From assembly GCF_002310835.1 (NCBI RefSeq), contig NZ_CP011042.1, positions 240,001-272,000 of the forward strand: DNA of 32,000 bases. The letters run 5' to 3'. Position numbers and translations under genes: made by a program. Below, one piece after another: positions 7,886-17,600 of the stretch. This stretch comes from Pseudoalteromonas tetraodonis. Lineage in GTDB: Bacteria; Pseudomonadota; Gammaproteobacteria; Enterobacterales; Alteromonadaceae. The notes under the pieces are model-generated. The model was not told the DNA's origin, did not search any database, and saw nothing but the letters and a program-made list of their open reading frames with translations. Position 1 is the stretch's first letter. Each line of letters begins with the position of its first letter.

Positions 7886-9859
7886 TTAAAGCATATTGTC
7901 TAACGATTGCGTGATGGCCTCACTTTTTTCAACTAAACGTTCAGCTGCTTTATACATTCTTTTTTTCATTAAATCGTTCGCTGTACTAATGTAACGTCTC
8001 GATAATTCTTTTCTAAGCGATACTAAAAGAGAAAAATCGTTGGGTAGTGCTGTCGATTCGGATTTAATAAACTCTTCAAATTCCATTAAAGCTTTATGAT
8101 CTTCAATAGTTTCTAATTGTGCAGAAAAGCGTTGAAACTTTGGACCATAAAAAACGACCGCATCGGCACGAGGAAACTCAGCTTGTTCGCCTAAATTAAT
8201 CTTTTGTTGGTATGCGGTTAGTGCATTAATTGCAGACTCACGCTTCATTAAATTAGCAAGAAGCTCTTCTGCTTTTTTGTTATTTGAAAATACAATTTTA
8301 CCCACATTTAAAAGTACTTTTTGTGTGATGACATCATCGCTTTCTATGGCTGTGTTTAACGCAACAGTAAAGTTATCAAGATGCAGATCCGTTGGTTGAT
8401 AACGGTAAGTTTTATCTACTTCTTTTAGATCTTTAACGAGATGAGCAATACTATTGGGCTGGTCTTCGTTGTAGCGTGATTGTTCGAGTAATAAATCTAT
8501 TCTCGCGGTAATATCAAAAATAATTGATTGGCGCTCCCTCAATACACTTTCTAATTGCATCGAAAGCTTTTCTGAATCGGGATAGTAGTTCAGTGCATTA
8601 GAATAGACTGCTATTATTTTATCAAAATCTTTAAATTTACGGCCCGCAATATTATTAAACTGGCTTGCTTCATCATTAAAGCTATCTAATATACTTTGCT
8701 GATTTGATCTGAGTAATCCTTGTTTAAGCACCTCATACTGTGGCGGAATTTGTTCTAGTTTGTTTAAAATAGTAGGGCCTTGCCAAGACATCCATGCTTC
8801 CACTTGTTGGTTAATTGCCTTGGCGTTATCAAGTTGTGCCTGTAATTGCTTGGTATTATCTGAGCTTGAAAAATAATTTTGAGTTATTAAGGCAATAATT
8901 GCCACACTAGCCACACTGGCAAAAATAGCGGGTTTTAAGTTCACTTTTAGCGTTTTTGAAATTTGTTCTAGTGAATCGAGTCTTTGGCTGGCGCTTAAAG
9001 ATAATGCTTTATGTAAATTTTTCCATAAAAGGAGAGGGCAATTACTTGGTTTTTTTACAGTAGTATTTTTAGGAACTTTATCTGCAGCAATGCGGTTAAA
9101 TGGGTGCTTACTGCTTAGAAGCTCATAAGCAATACAGGCAAATGAAAATACATCATCTTTAATGGATGCTTCGCCGCCTTTTAGCTGCTCAGGGCTAGCA
9201 TACGTTGGAGTATAACCACCAATGGTTGCAAACTCACTTTCGTTTTTAACAGCATATTGGTCGTCCAAACTTTTGTGTTTAGCAATACCAAAATCAAGCA
9301 CTTTGAGGTTACCATTAGAGTCAAAAATAATATTCGAAGGCTTAAGATCATTATGTATTACGCCACGTGAGTGGGCATATATAAGGGCGTCAGTTAATTG
9401 TTCTAAAATAATTTTCGCTTTTTTAAACGCTAAACCTGAGGGTTTATTTCGCTTAATAATTTGTTCTAGAGTTTCTCCCTCAATGAGCTCCATAGTGACA
9501 TAATACAAATCGCCATCAGAGTCTGCTGAGTACACTTTTACAATACTAGGGTGAGCAAGTTGTTGTGTTTTTGCTGTTTCATCTTTCAATAATGAAATAG
9601 CTTCTTCAGAGTTGGAAAACTCTTCTTGGAGCACTTTTATAGCGACCGATGCTTCAGAGCGACCGCTGTTTTCTAAAAAGGTATCTCGCGCACGATATAT
9701 GTAACACATTCCACCTTGCCCGATGAGCTCTTCAATTAGGTAGCGATCAGATATCTTTTTGCCGAGGAGGTTTTGTTTATGGATGCTTGATGTTTTTTTT
9801 GTGCTGGAGTCTAGAGAAGCAATCTGAGTTTTATCGTTGTTATCATTAATATTGCTCAT
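7886..9859 (-). CDS. ppkA: T6SS-associated Hanks-type Ser/Thr protein kinase (PpkA/TagE-like), single-pass membrane protein
   Basis: 657 aa. Gly loop GQGGMCYIY, VAIK lysine, catalytic loop HNDLKPSN, DFG, SPE. TM helix PAIFASVASVAIIALITQNYF, then about 325 aa predicted periplasmic. Divergent from the tagH operon. Confidence 0.9.
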   Translation of the reverse strand: MSNINDNNDKTQIASLDSSTKKTSSIHKQNLLGKKISDRYLIEELIGQGGMCYIYRARDTFLENSGRSEASVAIKVLQEEFSNSEEAISLLKDETAKTQQLAHPSIVKVYSADSDGDLYYVTMELIEGETLEQIIKRNKPSGLAFKKAKIILEQLTDALIYAHSRGVIHNDLKPSNIIFDSNGNLKVLDFGIAKHKSLDDQYAVKNESEFATIGGYTPTYASPEQLKGGEASIKDDVFSFACIAYELLSSKHPFNRIAADKVPKNTTVKKPSNCPLLLWKNLHKALSLSASQRLDSLEQISKTLKVNLKPAIFASVASVAIIALITQNYFSSSDNTKQLQAQLDNAKAINQQVEAWMSWQGPTILNKLEQIPPQYEVLKQGLLRSNQQSILDSFNDEASQFNNIAGRKFKDFDKIIAVYSNALNYYPDSEKLSMQLESVLRERQSIIFDITARIDLLLEQSRYNEDQPNSIAHLVKDLKEVDKTYRYQPTDLHLDNFTVALNTAIESDDVITQKVLLNVGKIVFSNNKKAEELLANLMKRESAINALTAYQQKINLGEQAEFPRADAVVFYGPKFQRFSAQLETIEDHKALMEFEEFIKSESTALPNDFSLLVSLRKELSRRYISTANDLMKKRMYKAAERLVEKSEAITQSLDNML

Positions 9860-10188
9860 TAAAAAATCCTTTTATTGTGTTTAGTTAAATAATTACAAAG
9901 GTAAATAATCTCTACTTACCTATCAATTTTCCCTCTGATTTAAGCATGTATTTTACAAAAATATACAATTATAGCAATGCCTGAATAGCATATTGTTGCC
10001 GGTGAACTCGCTTTATAGTGAATTGAAAAAGTCGGTTTAAAGCCAGAAGATGTCTCTAAAGTGTTTATTTTTGGCCTAGTTAAAAAGCATTAAAAAGAAA
10101 AGTAACAAACGCCGTCGATGAGTAGATAGGCCGTATTGTTTTAGAGACAAAATCTACAATGCGACATTTCTCTGTGTTAATTTCAATG

Positions 10189-10218
10189 TTGACAATAGTT
10201 TCGCTTCTACTTTATCCT
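10189..10218 (+). promoter_or_regulatory. Candidate sigma70 promoter for the tagH operon
   Basis: TTGACA (10189-10194), 18-nt spacer, TATCCT (10213-10218). Only a motif match and the -10 is weak. Confidence 0.25.
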
Positions 10219-10252
10219 GTTCACAATAATGCTATAGGGACTGACTTATCAA

Positions 10253-11524
10253 ATGGAACTGATACTAAACATCACTAGTTATCACAGACTTTCGCCTGAA
10301 ATCGAAGCTACCAAAACGGTAAAAGATTCACTCACTTTTGGCCGTTCTGAGGGATGTGATTGGCATCTTCCCGATCCTGAAAAAATTATCTCAAGTAAGC
10401 ACGGTAGAATTGAAAAAGAAGGCGATTCTTTTTATATATACGATAATTCAACCAATGGTTTGTTTATTAATTTTGCAGTGGCGCCTTTAGGTCAAGGTAA
10501 TAAACAACGTTTGTCAGATAGTGATGTCTTAACTATTGGTGATTTTCAGGTTGATGTTAGTTTAGCTGATGAGCCACACGCAGATATTAGTAATCCTATT
10601 ACTTCAAACAGTTCTCAACAAGTAAGTACATTTGCTTCACATAGTAGTCAAACTGCAGAGTCTGCGCCGTTATTCAATGATTCAATTATGAATGAGTCTA
10701 TGCCTGCGGTATCTGTAATTTCACAACAAGCAACAGCGGATAATCATATTCCAGAAGATTGGGATGAGCTAACTCGCCTTATGAATACCGATGAGTTTGA
10801 TCTTGGTAATGACGAAGTGAATTCTTCAGCGCCAGTTGACACTCCAGCTCCAATAAAAGAAAGTGCGCCGACTAAACGTTATAATGCTGAGCAGCAAGCT
10901 GTAAAACAAACAGCGCCTGTAAAAAGCTTTGCTCAAAATGATAAAGTGTTTTGTGATGCCTTTTTAAACGGATTGGGGATTAAGGATGAGCTTAAAAGTG
11001 CTCTAGATAATGAAAAGCTGTGGTTTGAGATGGGGCAGGGCTTAAGTTTGTTACTGACAGAGCTCATGGAATCTTTACGCCAACGCGCGATTGTAAAGAA
11101 CAAATTAAGACTGAACCATACAATGTTTCAGACCGAACAGAACAACCCATTGAAGTTTTCTGCCAATATTGATGATGTTATTCAGAACTTGTTCATAAAA
11201 AATAGTGCAAGCTTTCTGTCTTCGAATGAATCTATTAAAGAAAGCTTTGTAGATACACGCAAGCACGAGCAAGCACTGCTCGCTGGTGCAGATGGCGTGC
11301 TCAAAGGGATGTTATCGCAAGTTTCTCCCGTGCAAATTAATCAACAGGCAAACGATAATTCTAACGTGTTAAAAATTATTCCAGGCCAAATAGAGTCTAA
11401 ATGCTGGAAGTTATATCAAAGTTTATATGATGATATTTCTCAGGAAGTTAACGCGAAAGGCGCTATGGCTATGTCTGATGATTTTTTAAAAGCATATAAC
11501 GATCGAATCAAAGAAACGCTCTAG
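10253..11524 (+). CDS. tagH: T6SS FHA-domain protein TagH (Fha)
   Basis: 423 aa. N-terminal FHA (LTFGRSEGCDWHLPDPEKIISSKHGRIEKEGDSFYIYDNSTNGLFIN), S/T/Q-rich linker, conserved TagH C-terminal domain. Confidence 0.9.
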   Translation: MELILNITSYHRLSPEIEATKTVKDSLTFGRSEGCDWHLPDPEKIISSKHGRIEKEGDSFYIYDNSTNGLFINFAVAPLGQGNKQRLSDSDVLTIGDFQVDVSLADEPHADISNPITSNSSQQVSTFASHSSQTAESAPLFNDSIMNESMPAVSVISQQATADNHIPEDWDELTRLMNTDEFDLGNDEVNSSAPVDTPAPIKESAPTKRYNAEQQAVKQTAPVKSFAQNDKVFCDAFLNGLGIKDELKSALDNEKLWFEMGQGLSLLLTELMESLRQRAIVKNKLRLNHTMFQTEQNNPLKFSANIDDVIQNLFIKNSASFLSSNESIKESFVDTRKHEQALLAGADGVLKGMLSQVSPVQINQQANDNSNVLKIIPGQIESKCWKLYQSLYDDISQEVNAKGAMAMSDDFLKAYNDRIKETL

Positions 11525-11539
11525 AAAGGAAAGTAAATA

Positions 11540-12004
11540 ATGCATAAAGTTAAGCTCTATTTAATGAGTTTTAGTTTACTATTTTTGGTACTGGGATGTA
11601 CTACGATGAATAAAATCGTACCTCCTTCTACAGATCTGATCATCAATGTATCTAAAAATGTTAATCCGGATACATCAGAACGCCCTTCTCCGGTGGTGAT
11701 GAAAATTTTTGAGTTGAGCTCAAGAACAATTTTTGACACGCAGGATTTTTTTAGCTTATACGATACGCCAGAAAAGATATTAGGCCCTGATTTATTAAAA
11801 AAGGATGAGTTAGAGCTTCAACCTGATTCAGTACAGCAATATAAAATGAGCCTTAATCGTAATACTCGTTATGTTGGGGTTGTTGTTGCTTACAGAAATA
11901 TAGACCAAGCAAGGTGGAGAGCGGTTATTGAAGTTGACCCCACCGGTTATGACGACATCAATGTAAATGTAGAAGCGATTGCTACATACATGAGAGAGCA
12001 ATAA
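11540..12004 (+). CDS. tssJ: T6SS outer-membrane lipoprotein TssJ
   Basis: 154 aa. Lipobox LVLG-C. RPSPVVMKIFELSS...FDTQDFFSLY matches the TssJ/SciN pattern. Positioned between tagH and tssK. Confidence 0.85.
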   Translation: MHKVKLYLMSFSLLFLVLGCTTMNKIVPPSTDLIINVSKNVNPDTSERPSPVVMKIFELSSRTIFDTQDFFSLYDTPEKILGPDLLKKDELELQPDSVQQYKMSLNRNTRYVGVVVAYRNIDQARWRAVIEVDPTGYDDINVNVEAIATYMREQ

Positions 12005-12019
12005 AAAAGGATTTTTAAA

Positions 12020-13348
12020 ATGGGTGATAACACTCGTGTTGCTTGGACTGAGGGGATGTTTTTAAGACCTCAGCACTTTCAGCAATCAGATAAATATATT
12101 TCAAATGTGATTAAGCAAGTATGCAGTGGAAACCTTGCTGATCCATGGGGAATAATTGATATTAGTATTGATAATGAATTACTTAACAGTGGTCAATTCG
12201 CTGTTGATTCATTAACTGCAATCACCCCGGATCTATTGCCAATTGATATGCCTCAGTCAACCTCTTTACCTGAGCCTTTAGTGGTTAATAAAGATGTGTT
12301 TGATGAAATTGTTTATTTGGCTATTCCTGCGCTAAAAAATAGTGGCGTTAATATATCGTCAACTGACGATAATATGGTTACTCGCTATAAGCTTAACGAT
12401 TTGGCAGTGAGTGATGACTTATTGGGAGCGCAGTCTCAAGAAATAATTCAAGTTGCAAAAGTATACAGTAAGTTGATGCTGTCTTCTGATGATCATTCAG
12501 GGTATATCGTGTTGCCTTTAGCACGAATAGTGGATGTGAGCAGCGAAGGGCAAATAAAGTTAGATGCAAAGTACATTCCTCCCTCTTTAAAAGTAGGGCA
12601 GTGTAAACCTTTATCGGGGCTAGTGAGAGAAATTGGCTCAATGATAAAGCAACGCGCTGAAAGCATTGCTGCTAGGTTGTGCCAAGGTTATGCGGGTAGT
12701 ACGTCAGTTGCAGATTTTATAATGCTGCAAACACTAAATAAATATGACGCGATATTTAATAATTTGCTCAGCGTTAATAGTTTACATCCGAACGTGTTTT
12801 ATAGCCGCTTAATTGAACTGGCAGGTGAGTTATCAACCTTTAGCACGGCTAATAAAAGAGTGCCTAAATTACCTAATTATGATCACACAAATTTAGGGCA
12901 AGTGTTTAGTGAAGTGGTTAACTTTTTATACCAATTATTAAGCCATGTAATTGAGCAAACCGCGACTGAAATTAAGCTTGAACAAAGTAAGTTTGGTATT
13001 TCGTTTGGTGCCTTAAAAGATAAATCTATTTTAAATTCAGCGCAGTTTGTTTTAGCAATTAAAGCAAGCGTTCCGCATGAAGAGTTGAGAAAAATTCTAC
13101 CTTCGCAAATTAAAATTGGCAGCGTTGAAACCATTCGTGATCTTGTTAACAACCAGATCCCAGGTATTACAATTAGTAACTTGCCAACAGCGCCAAGACA
13201 GATCCCTTACCATGCTGGTTTTCATTATTTTGAATTAAATCGCCATGGTGAACATTGGGAAAAACTGCGCTCCAGCGGAGGAATTGCTATCCACCTCTCA
13301 GGAAGTTACCCAGAACTCCAATTAAGCCTTTGGGCTATTAGAACTTAA
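12020..13348 (+). CDS. tssK: T6SS baseplate subunit TssK
   Basis: 442 aa. Hallmark N-terminus VAWTEGMFLRPQHFQQ. Confidence 0.95.
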   Translation: MGDNTRVAWTEGMFLRPQHFQQSDKYISNVIKQVCSGNLADPWGIIDISIDNELLNSGQFAVDSLTAITPDLLPIDMPQSTSLPEPLVVNKDVFDEIVYLAIPALKNSGVNISSTDDNMVTRYKLNDLAVSDDLLGAQSQEIIQVAKVYSKLMLSSDDHSGYIVLPLARIVDVSSEGQIKLDAKYIPPSLKVGQCKPLSGLVREIGSMIKQRAESIAARLCQGYAGSTSVADFIMLQTLNKYDAIFNNLLSVNSLHPNVFYSRLIELAGELSTFSTANKRVPKLPNYDHTNLGQVFSEVVNFLYQLLSHVIEQTATEIKLEQSKFGISFGALKDKSILNSAQFVLAIKASVPHEELRKILPSQIKIGSVETIRDLVNNQIPGITISNLPTAPRQIPYHAGFHYFELNRHGEHWEKLRSSGGIAIHLSGSYPELQLSLWAIRT

Positions 13349-13370
13349 CTTTTTAAAAGGAAGAGTTTCA

Positions 13371-14651
13371 ATGGACGAAACCATTATAAAACCACGCCCT
13401 GGCCGACTAGGGCGAAATACCCCAAGCAGTGGTGCAGCGCAAAATGATGCTGATAAAACCGTTATGTCGGTTGAGCCACCCTCTGCAAAGCCGATGAGCA
13501 ATAATAAGGTATCAATTTTTAAAAATCCCTTGTTAGAAGCGGCAACAGATTGCTTTTCTCTTGTGATATCCATAAATCAATCGCTTGAAATGAGCAATCT
13601 AGCAGCGCTCAAGCACCGCTGTGTTGAGGCTATAAAGCGTTTTGAAGTGGAAGTCCGTAACCAGCACCTATCAAAAGAAGTGATTAATAATTCACGCTAT
13701 TGCCTATGCGCTATTCTTGATGAGTCTGTATTGAATTCAAAGTGGAGCTCAATGGAGTGGGCTGATGAAAGTCTGCTGTCGACTTTTCACAAAGAAACCT
13801 TTGGTGGTGAGTATTTTTATACTCTACTTGATGCCGGGTTAGGGCAACCTGAAAAAAACAAACAGTTTTTGGAGTTGCAATACCACTGTTTAAACTTAGG
13901 CTTTAAAGGGAAATATCGATTAGATGCCGGCGGCGATACAAAAGTCGAAGAGTATCGTTCACAGCTTTACCATTTACTCAATCAGCTTGATGGCCCGATT
14001 AATAATAAACTATCTCCAAACTGGCAACAAAGAGTTGCTGCAGGTGTTGAACTAAGAAATCAAGTGCCACTGTGGGTCATATTTTCTGTGCTGGGGCTGA
14101 TATTATTGATGATTTATCTATCAATAAATATGAAGCTAAATAACGATGTTTTTGCGATTAATGAAAAACTAGCGGGCATTCATCCGTTAGCTGTTAATCA
14201 AACGGTTGATAAAAAAGATCAGCAGCTGCGTGTACTTGAACAGTTACTGCAAACAGAAATTAAAATGGGGATTGTTGCTGTTGCAAAAAATTCCGATGGG
14301 ATCCGCATAACGATAAACAGTGAAAATTTGTTTAAACAAGGGGATTCTCAACTACTTCCATCATTTCAGCCTATTTTAGAAAAGTTAGCGTTAAGCTTAG
14401 AGGGAACTAAAGGGCGAGTGCTTATAACGGGCCACACAGATGACTTACCAATTAGTACAGATAAGTATCCTTCTAATTGGCATCTTTCTTTAGCCAGAGC
14501 AACACAGGTTGCTAATTTAATGGCTAAAAGTACCAACTTAAGCGGTCGTTTATGGCCAGAAGGAAAGGGCGCTGCAGAGCCTATCGCCAGCAATTCAGAT
14601 TCAGCTTCTCGGTCATTAAACCGACGAATTGAAATCGATCTATTATTTTAA
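13371..14651 (+). CDS. tssL: T6SS membrane-complex subunit TssL (DotU) fused to an OmpA/MotB-like peptidoglycan-binding domain
   Basis: 426 aa. DotU core (RYCLCAILDESVLNS...FHKETFGGEYFY), TM helix VPLWVIFSVLGLILLMIYLSI, C-terminal GHTDDLPI...NWHLSLARA...NRRIEIDLL OmpA-like motifs. Confidence 0.9.
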   Translation: MDETIIKPRPGRLGRNTPSSGAAQNDADKTVMSVEPPSAKPMSNNKVSIFKNPLLEAATDCFSLVISINQSLEMSNLAALKHRCVEAIKRFEVEVRNQHLSKEVINNSRYCLCAILDESVLNSKWSSMEWADESLLSTFHKETFGGEYFYTLLDAGLGQPEKNKQFLELQYHCLNLGFKGKYRLDAGGDTKVEEYRSQLYHLLNQLDGPINNKLSPNWQQRVAAGVELRNQVPLWVIFSVLGLILLMIYLSINMKLNNDVFAINEKLAGIHPLAVNQTVDKKDQQLRVLEQLLQTEIKMGIVAVAKNSDGIRITINSENLFKQGDSQLLPSFQPILEKLALSLEGTKGRVLITGHTDDLPISTDKYPSNWHLSLARATQVANLMAKSTNLSGRLWPEGKGAAEPIASNSDSASRSLNRRIEIDLLF

Positions 14652-14661
14652 TGAGGCTGCA

Positions 14662-17600
14662 ATGAGTTTCTCACAAAAATTTAAAAAAATAACCTACGCA
14701 CTAACATCACGAACCGCTATATTAATTATCGGCTTTTTAGCCTTATCATTATTAATTTGGTTTGGTGGCCCTTTAATCGCAGTGGCAGACTATGTACCGC
14801 TTGCAGGTGTAGCATCACGATTATTAACTATTTTATTGGTATTATTAGTTTTTTCAGTGACCAAAATTTATCGTCTTATGCAGCAAAATAAGCGCGATGA
14901 AAAAATGGCAGATGAGTTAATTGATAACAATGATGCCAATAGTAGTGAAGTAAACGAAGAAATTACTACTCTTAAAACGAGAATGAATGAAGCTATAGAT
15001 CTACTAAAAGATGTAAAGCTATTTAAAGGTAAAAATATATACCAGTTACCTTGGTATATTATGATTGGCCCTCCGGGTGCAGGTAAAACAACGGTTATTC
15101 ATAACTCAGGCCTCGATTATCCATTAAAAGATAAGCTAGGCGTTGACTTAGTTCATGGTGTAGGCGGTACCCGTAATTGTGACTGGTGGTTTACCAATAA
15201 AGCGGTATTAATTGATACCGCAGGGCGTTACACAACACAAAGTAGCCACGCAAAACATGACTCAAGAGCATGGGAAGGTTTTTTAGGGTTATTAAGAAAG
15301 CATCGCCCGTTACGCCCTATTAATGGCGTGATGATCAGCATGGGTATTTCTGAGCTAATGAGCCAGACCAAAACTGAGCGAAACCTACATGCTCGTGCTA
15401 TAAAACAGCGTCTTCAAGAATTACAAAACCAACTAGGGATGACATTTCCTGTTTATGTTATTTTTTCTAAAGTTGATTTAATTGAAGGCTTTAGAGAGTT
15501 TTTTGCTGAGCTAACTGAAGAAGAATGTGAGCAGGTTTGGGGAATTACCTTTGAACTTGATTTAGATAAAGATACTCAGGTAGATGCGTTCAATAAAGAG
15601 TTCCATGCTTTAATTTCTAAGCTTACGGAGATGTTAAATCGTCGGCTTATTAACGAGCGTAACGAAGCTATCCGTGCCAAAATTTTTGAATTCCCTCGAC
15701 AGTTACGGGTATTGCAGGGCGTAGGTGATGACTTTTTAAAAGAAATTTTCACCCCCAATGCCTATGAAGAATTACCCATGTTCAGAGGGGTGTACTTAAC
15801 CAGTGCGACGCAAGAAGGGACACCGTCAAGCTTTTTAAATGATGCGAGCGCAGGGAAAACAGATTACATAAATCAATCTAAAAGTTTCTTTATTAAGAAT
15901 GTTTTAGAAAGTGTTATTTTTCCTGAGCAAAACTTAGCAAGCACTAACAAACATCATGATAAGCAAAATAAATGGCTTCGCGTTGCAAGTATTTCAGCTG
16001 CGTGTGTTGCTTTATTAGGTTTTTCAGTTTCGTGGTACTTTAGTTTTGCATGGAATAGCAACTTAATAGACGCCACCGATGAGGCAATTACTACTTACCA
16101 AGAGCTCGATGCCTCTTCGTTTGATAGAAATAATTTATTGGTGTTGAACGACAGACTAAATGCACTGAGAAATCTACCTGCTACTAACTCTGAGCTCATT
16201 AACCCTGAGGATGCTTCATCAGTTGGTTTTAATAAGTTAACCGAAATTAAAGAATCTTCTACTAATGCTTACAAGCGTTCTTTACAAACGTATTTAGAGC
16301 CATTTGTTGCTAATACTTTAATTAAGGAAATGGAAGCGCATCCAGAACACTTAAGCTATTTATATGAAACGCTAAAGTGTTACTTAATGTTGTTTAAACC
16401 TGAATACTTTGAAAGTGAAGATATTGTGGTGTGGTTCAGTGCTTATTTAGACAGAAACTTACCCGGTGATATGAATATGCAAACGCGTGGTGAGTTAATG
16501 AATCATATTTCAGCTTTACTCAATGAGGGAATCACGCAAACCGAAATAGATAACCAAGCTGTGCGAGTTGCACGTGCAGAGTTAACTAAACTACCGATTG
16601 CGGAAAGAGCATACCAGCGTCTTCAAGCTGATTTTCTTGATAGTAGTATTCCGCCTTTCAGACTAACCGATATTATTAGCTTTGAAAGTGCACAAAAGTT
16701 TACTTTTCGTAATAACGGCGACTTAACGCGAAGCATTCCAGGGTTATACACTTTTAATGGTTTTCATGGCATTTTTAATATTGAAAAAGGAAAAATGCTT
16801 GGCAACTTAATGGCTAGTAGCTGGGTTTACGGGCAAGAAGCCTCAGGAACTTACGATATTTCTAAAGCGGAGATAGAGAAGAAACTAGAGCAGCGCTATT
16901 TCCAAGATTACATTTATTATTGGCAGTCATTTTTAGATGACTTGAGTCTTAATCAATACAGCTCACCCGCTGAAGGCGTCAATATTACTGATGTGCTAGC
17001 AGGCTCTGAAGCACCGATTAAAAATATCATCAATGCGGTGAAAAAGAATGTTCAGCTTACTAAACTACCAGTATCTGAAAATCAAAAAGTAGCTGGTGAT
17101 GTGGCAGCCAATGCCGCTAAAGTCGCTATGCAAACTAAAGCAAATCGAATCAAGCGCTTTTTACCTGATGAAGCTCCAAAATTTGAAATTGATCTACCAG
17201 GTTACCAAGTAGAAGAAGCCTTTGAAGATATTATTGATATTGATGTTCAGCAACTTGATAATATTCAGAAAAATTTAAGAGAGTTAAATATTTATTTAAC
17301 CAAGCTTGATAGAGGCGATCAGCTTAAGTACTCCATTAAAGATCAAATAAGCGGTAAGAGCAAACCTAGCTTTATTCGCCAATTAGAGTATCAAAGCAGC
17401 GACTTACCTTATCCATTTAATAGTTGGTTACTGGATATTAGTAGAGATACTAGCAACATAACCAAAAATAGTGCTAACAGGCATCTAAATGAAATTTGGA
17501 AAAGTAAAGTTTTACGCGAGTATAACGCGGCGATTGTGGGCCGTTACCCATTTGCTCCGCAGGCTGAAAAAGAAGTCAGCATTAAAGACTTTACCCGCTT

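Noticed and set aside
10072-10088. Possible sigma54 promoter TGGCCTAGTTAAAAAGC upstream of tagH
   Set aside because: The GG-to-GC spacing is 14 nt instead of the required 12, and the flanking consensus (TGGCAC / TTGCA) is poor. A similar look upstream of tssA and hcp gave no correctly spaced -24/-12 pair.
10073-10132. GGCCTA ... TAGGCC inverted repeat in the ppkA-tagH intergenic region
   Set aside because: Only 6 bp with a 48-nt spacer, which is within chance expectation.
10159-10278. 39-codon + strand ORF (MRHFSVLISMLTIVSLLLYPVHNN...) overlapping the tagH start out of frame
   Set aside because: No RBS. It overlaps the candidate tagH promoter and start. Most likely a chance ORF in AT-rich DNA.
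14629-14661. Upstream TTG extensions of tssM (14629), tssG (27630), hcp (31488) and arsJ (1438)
   Set aside because: Each extension overlaps the preceding gene or lacks an RBS, and each has a downstream in-frame ATG with proper Shine-Dalgarno spacing or an ATGA coupling overlap.
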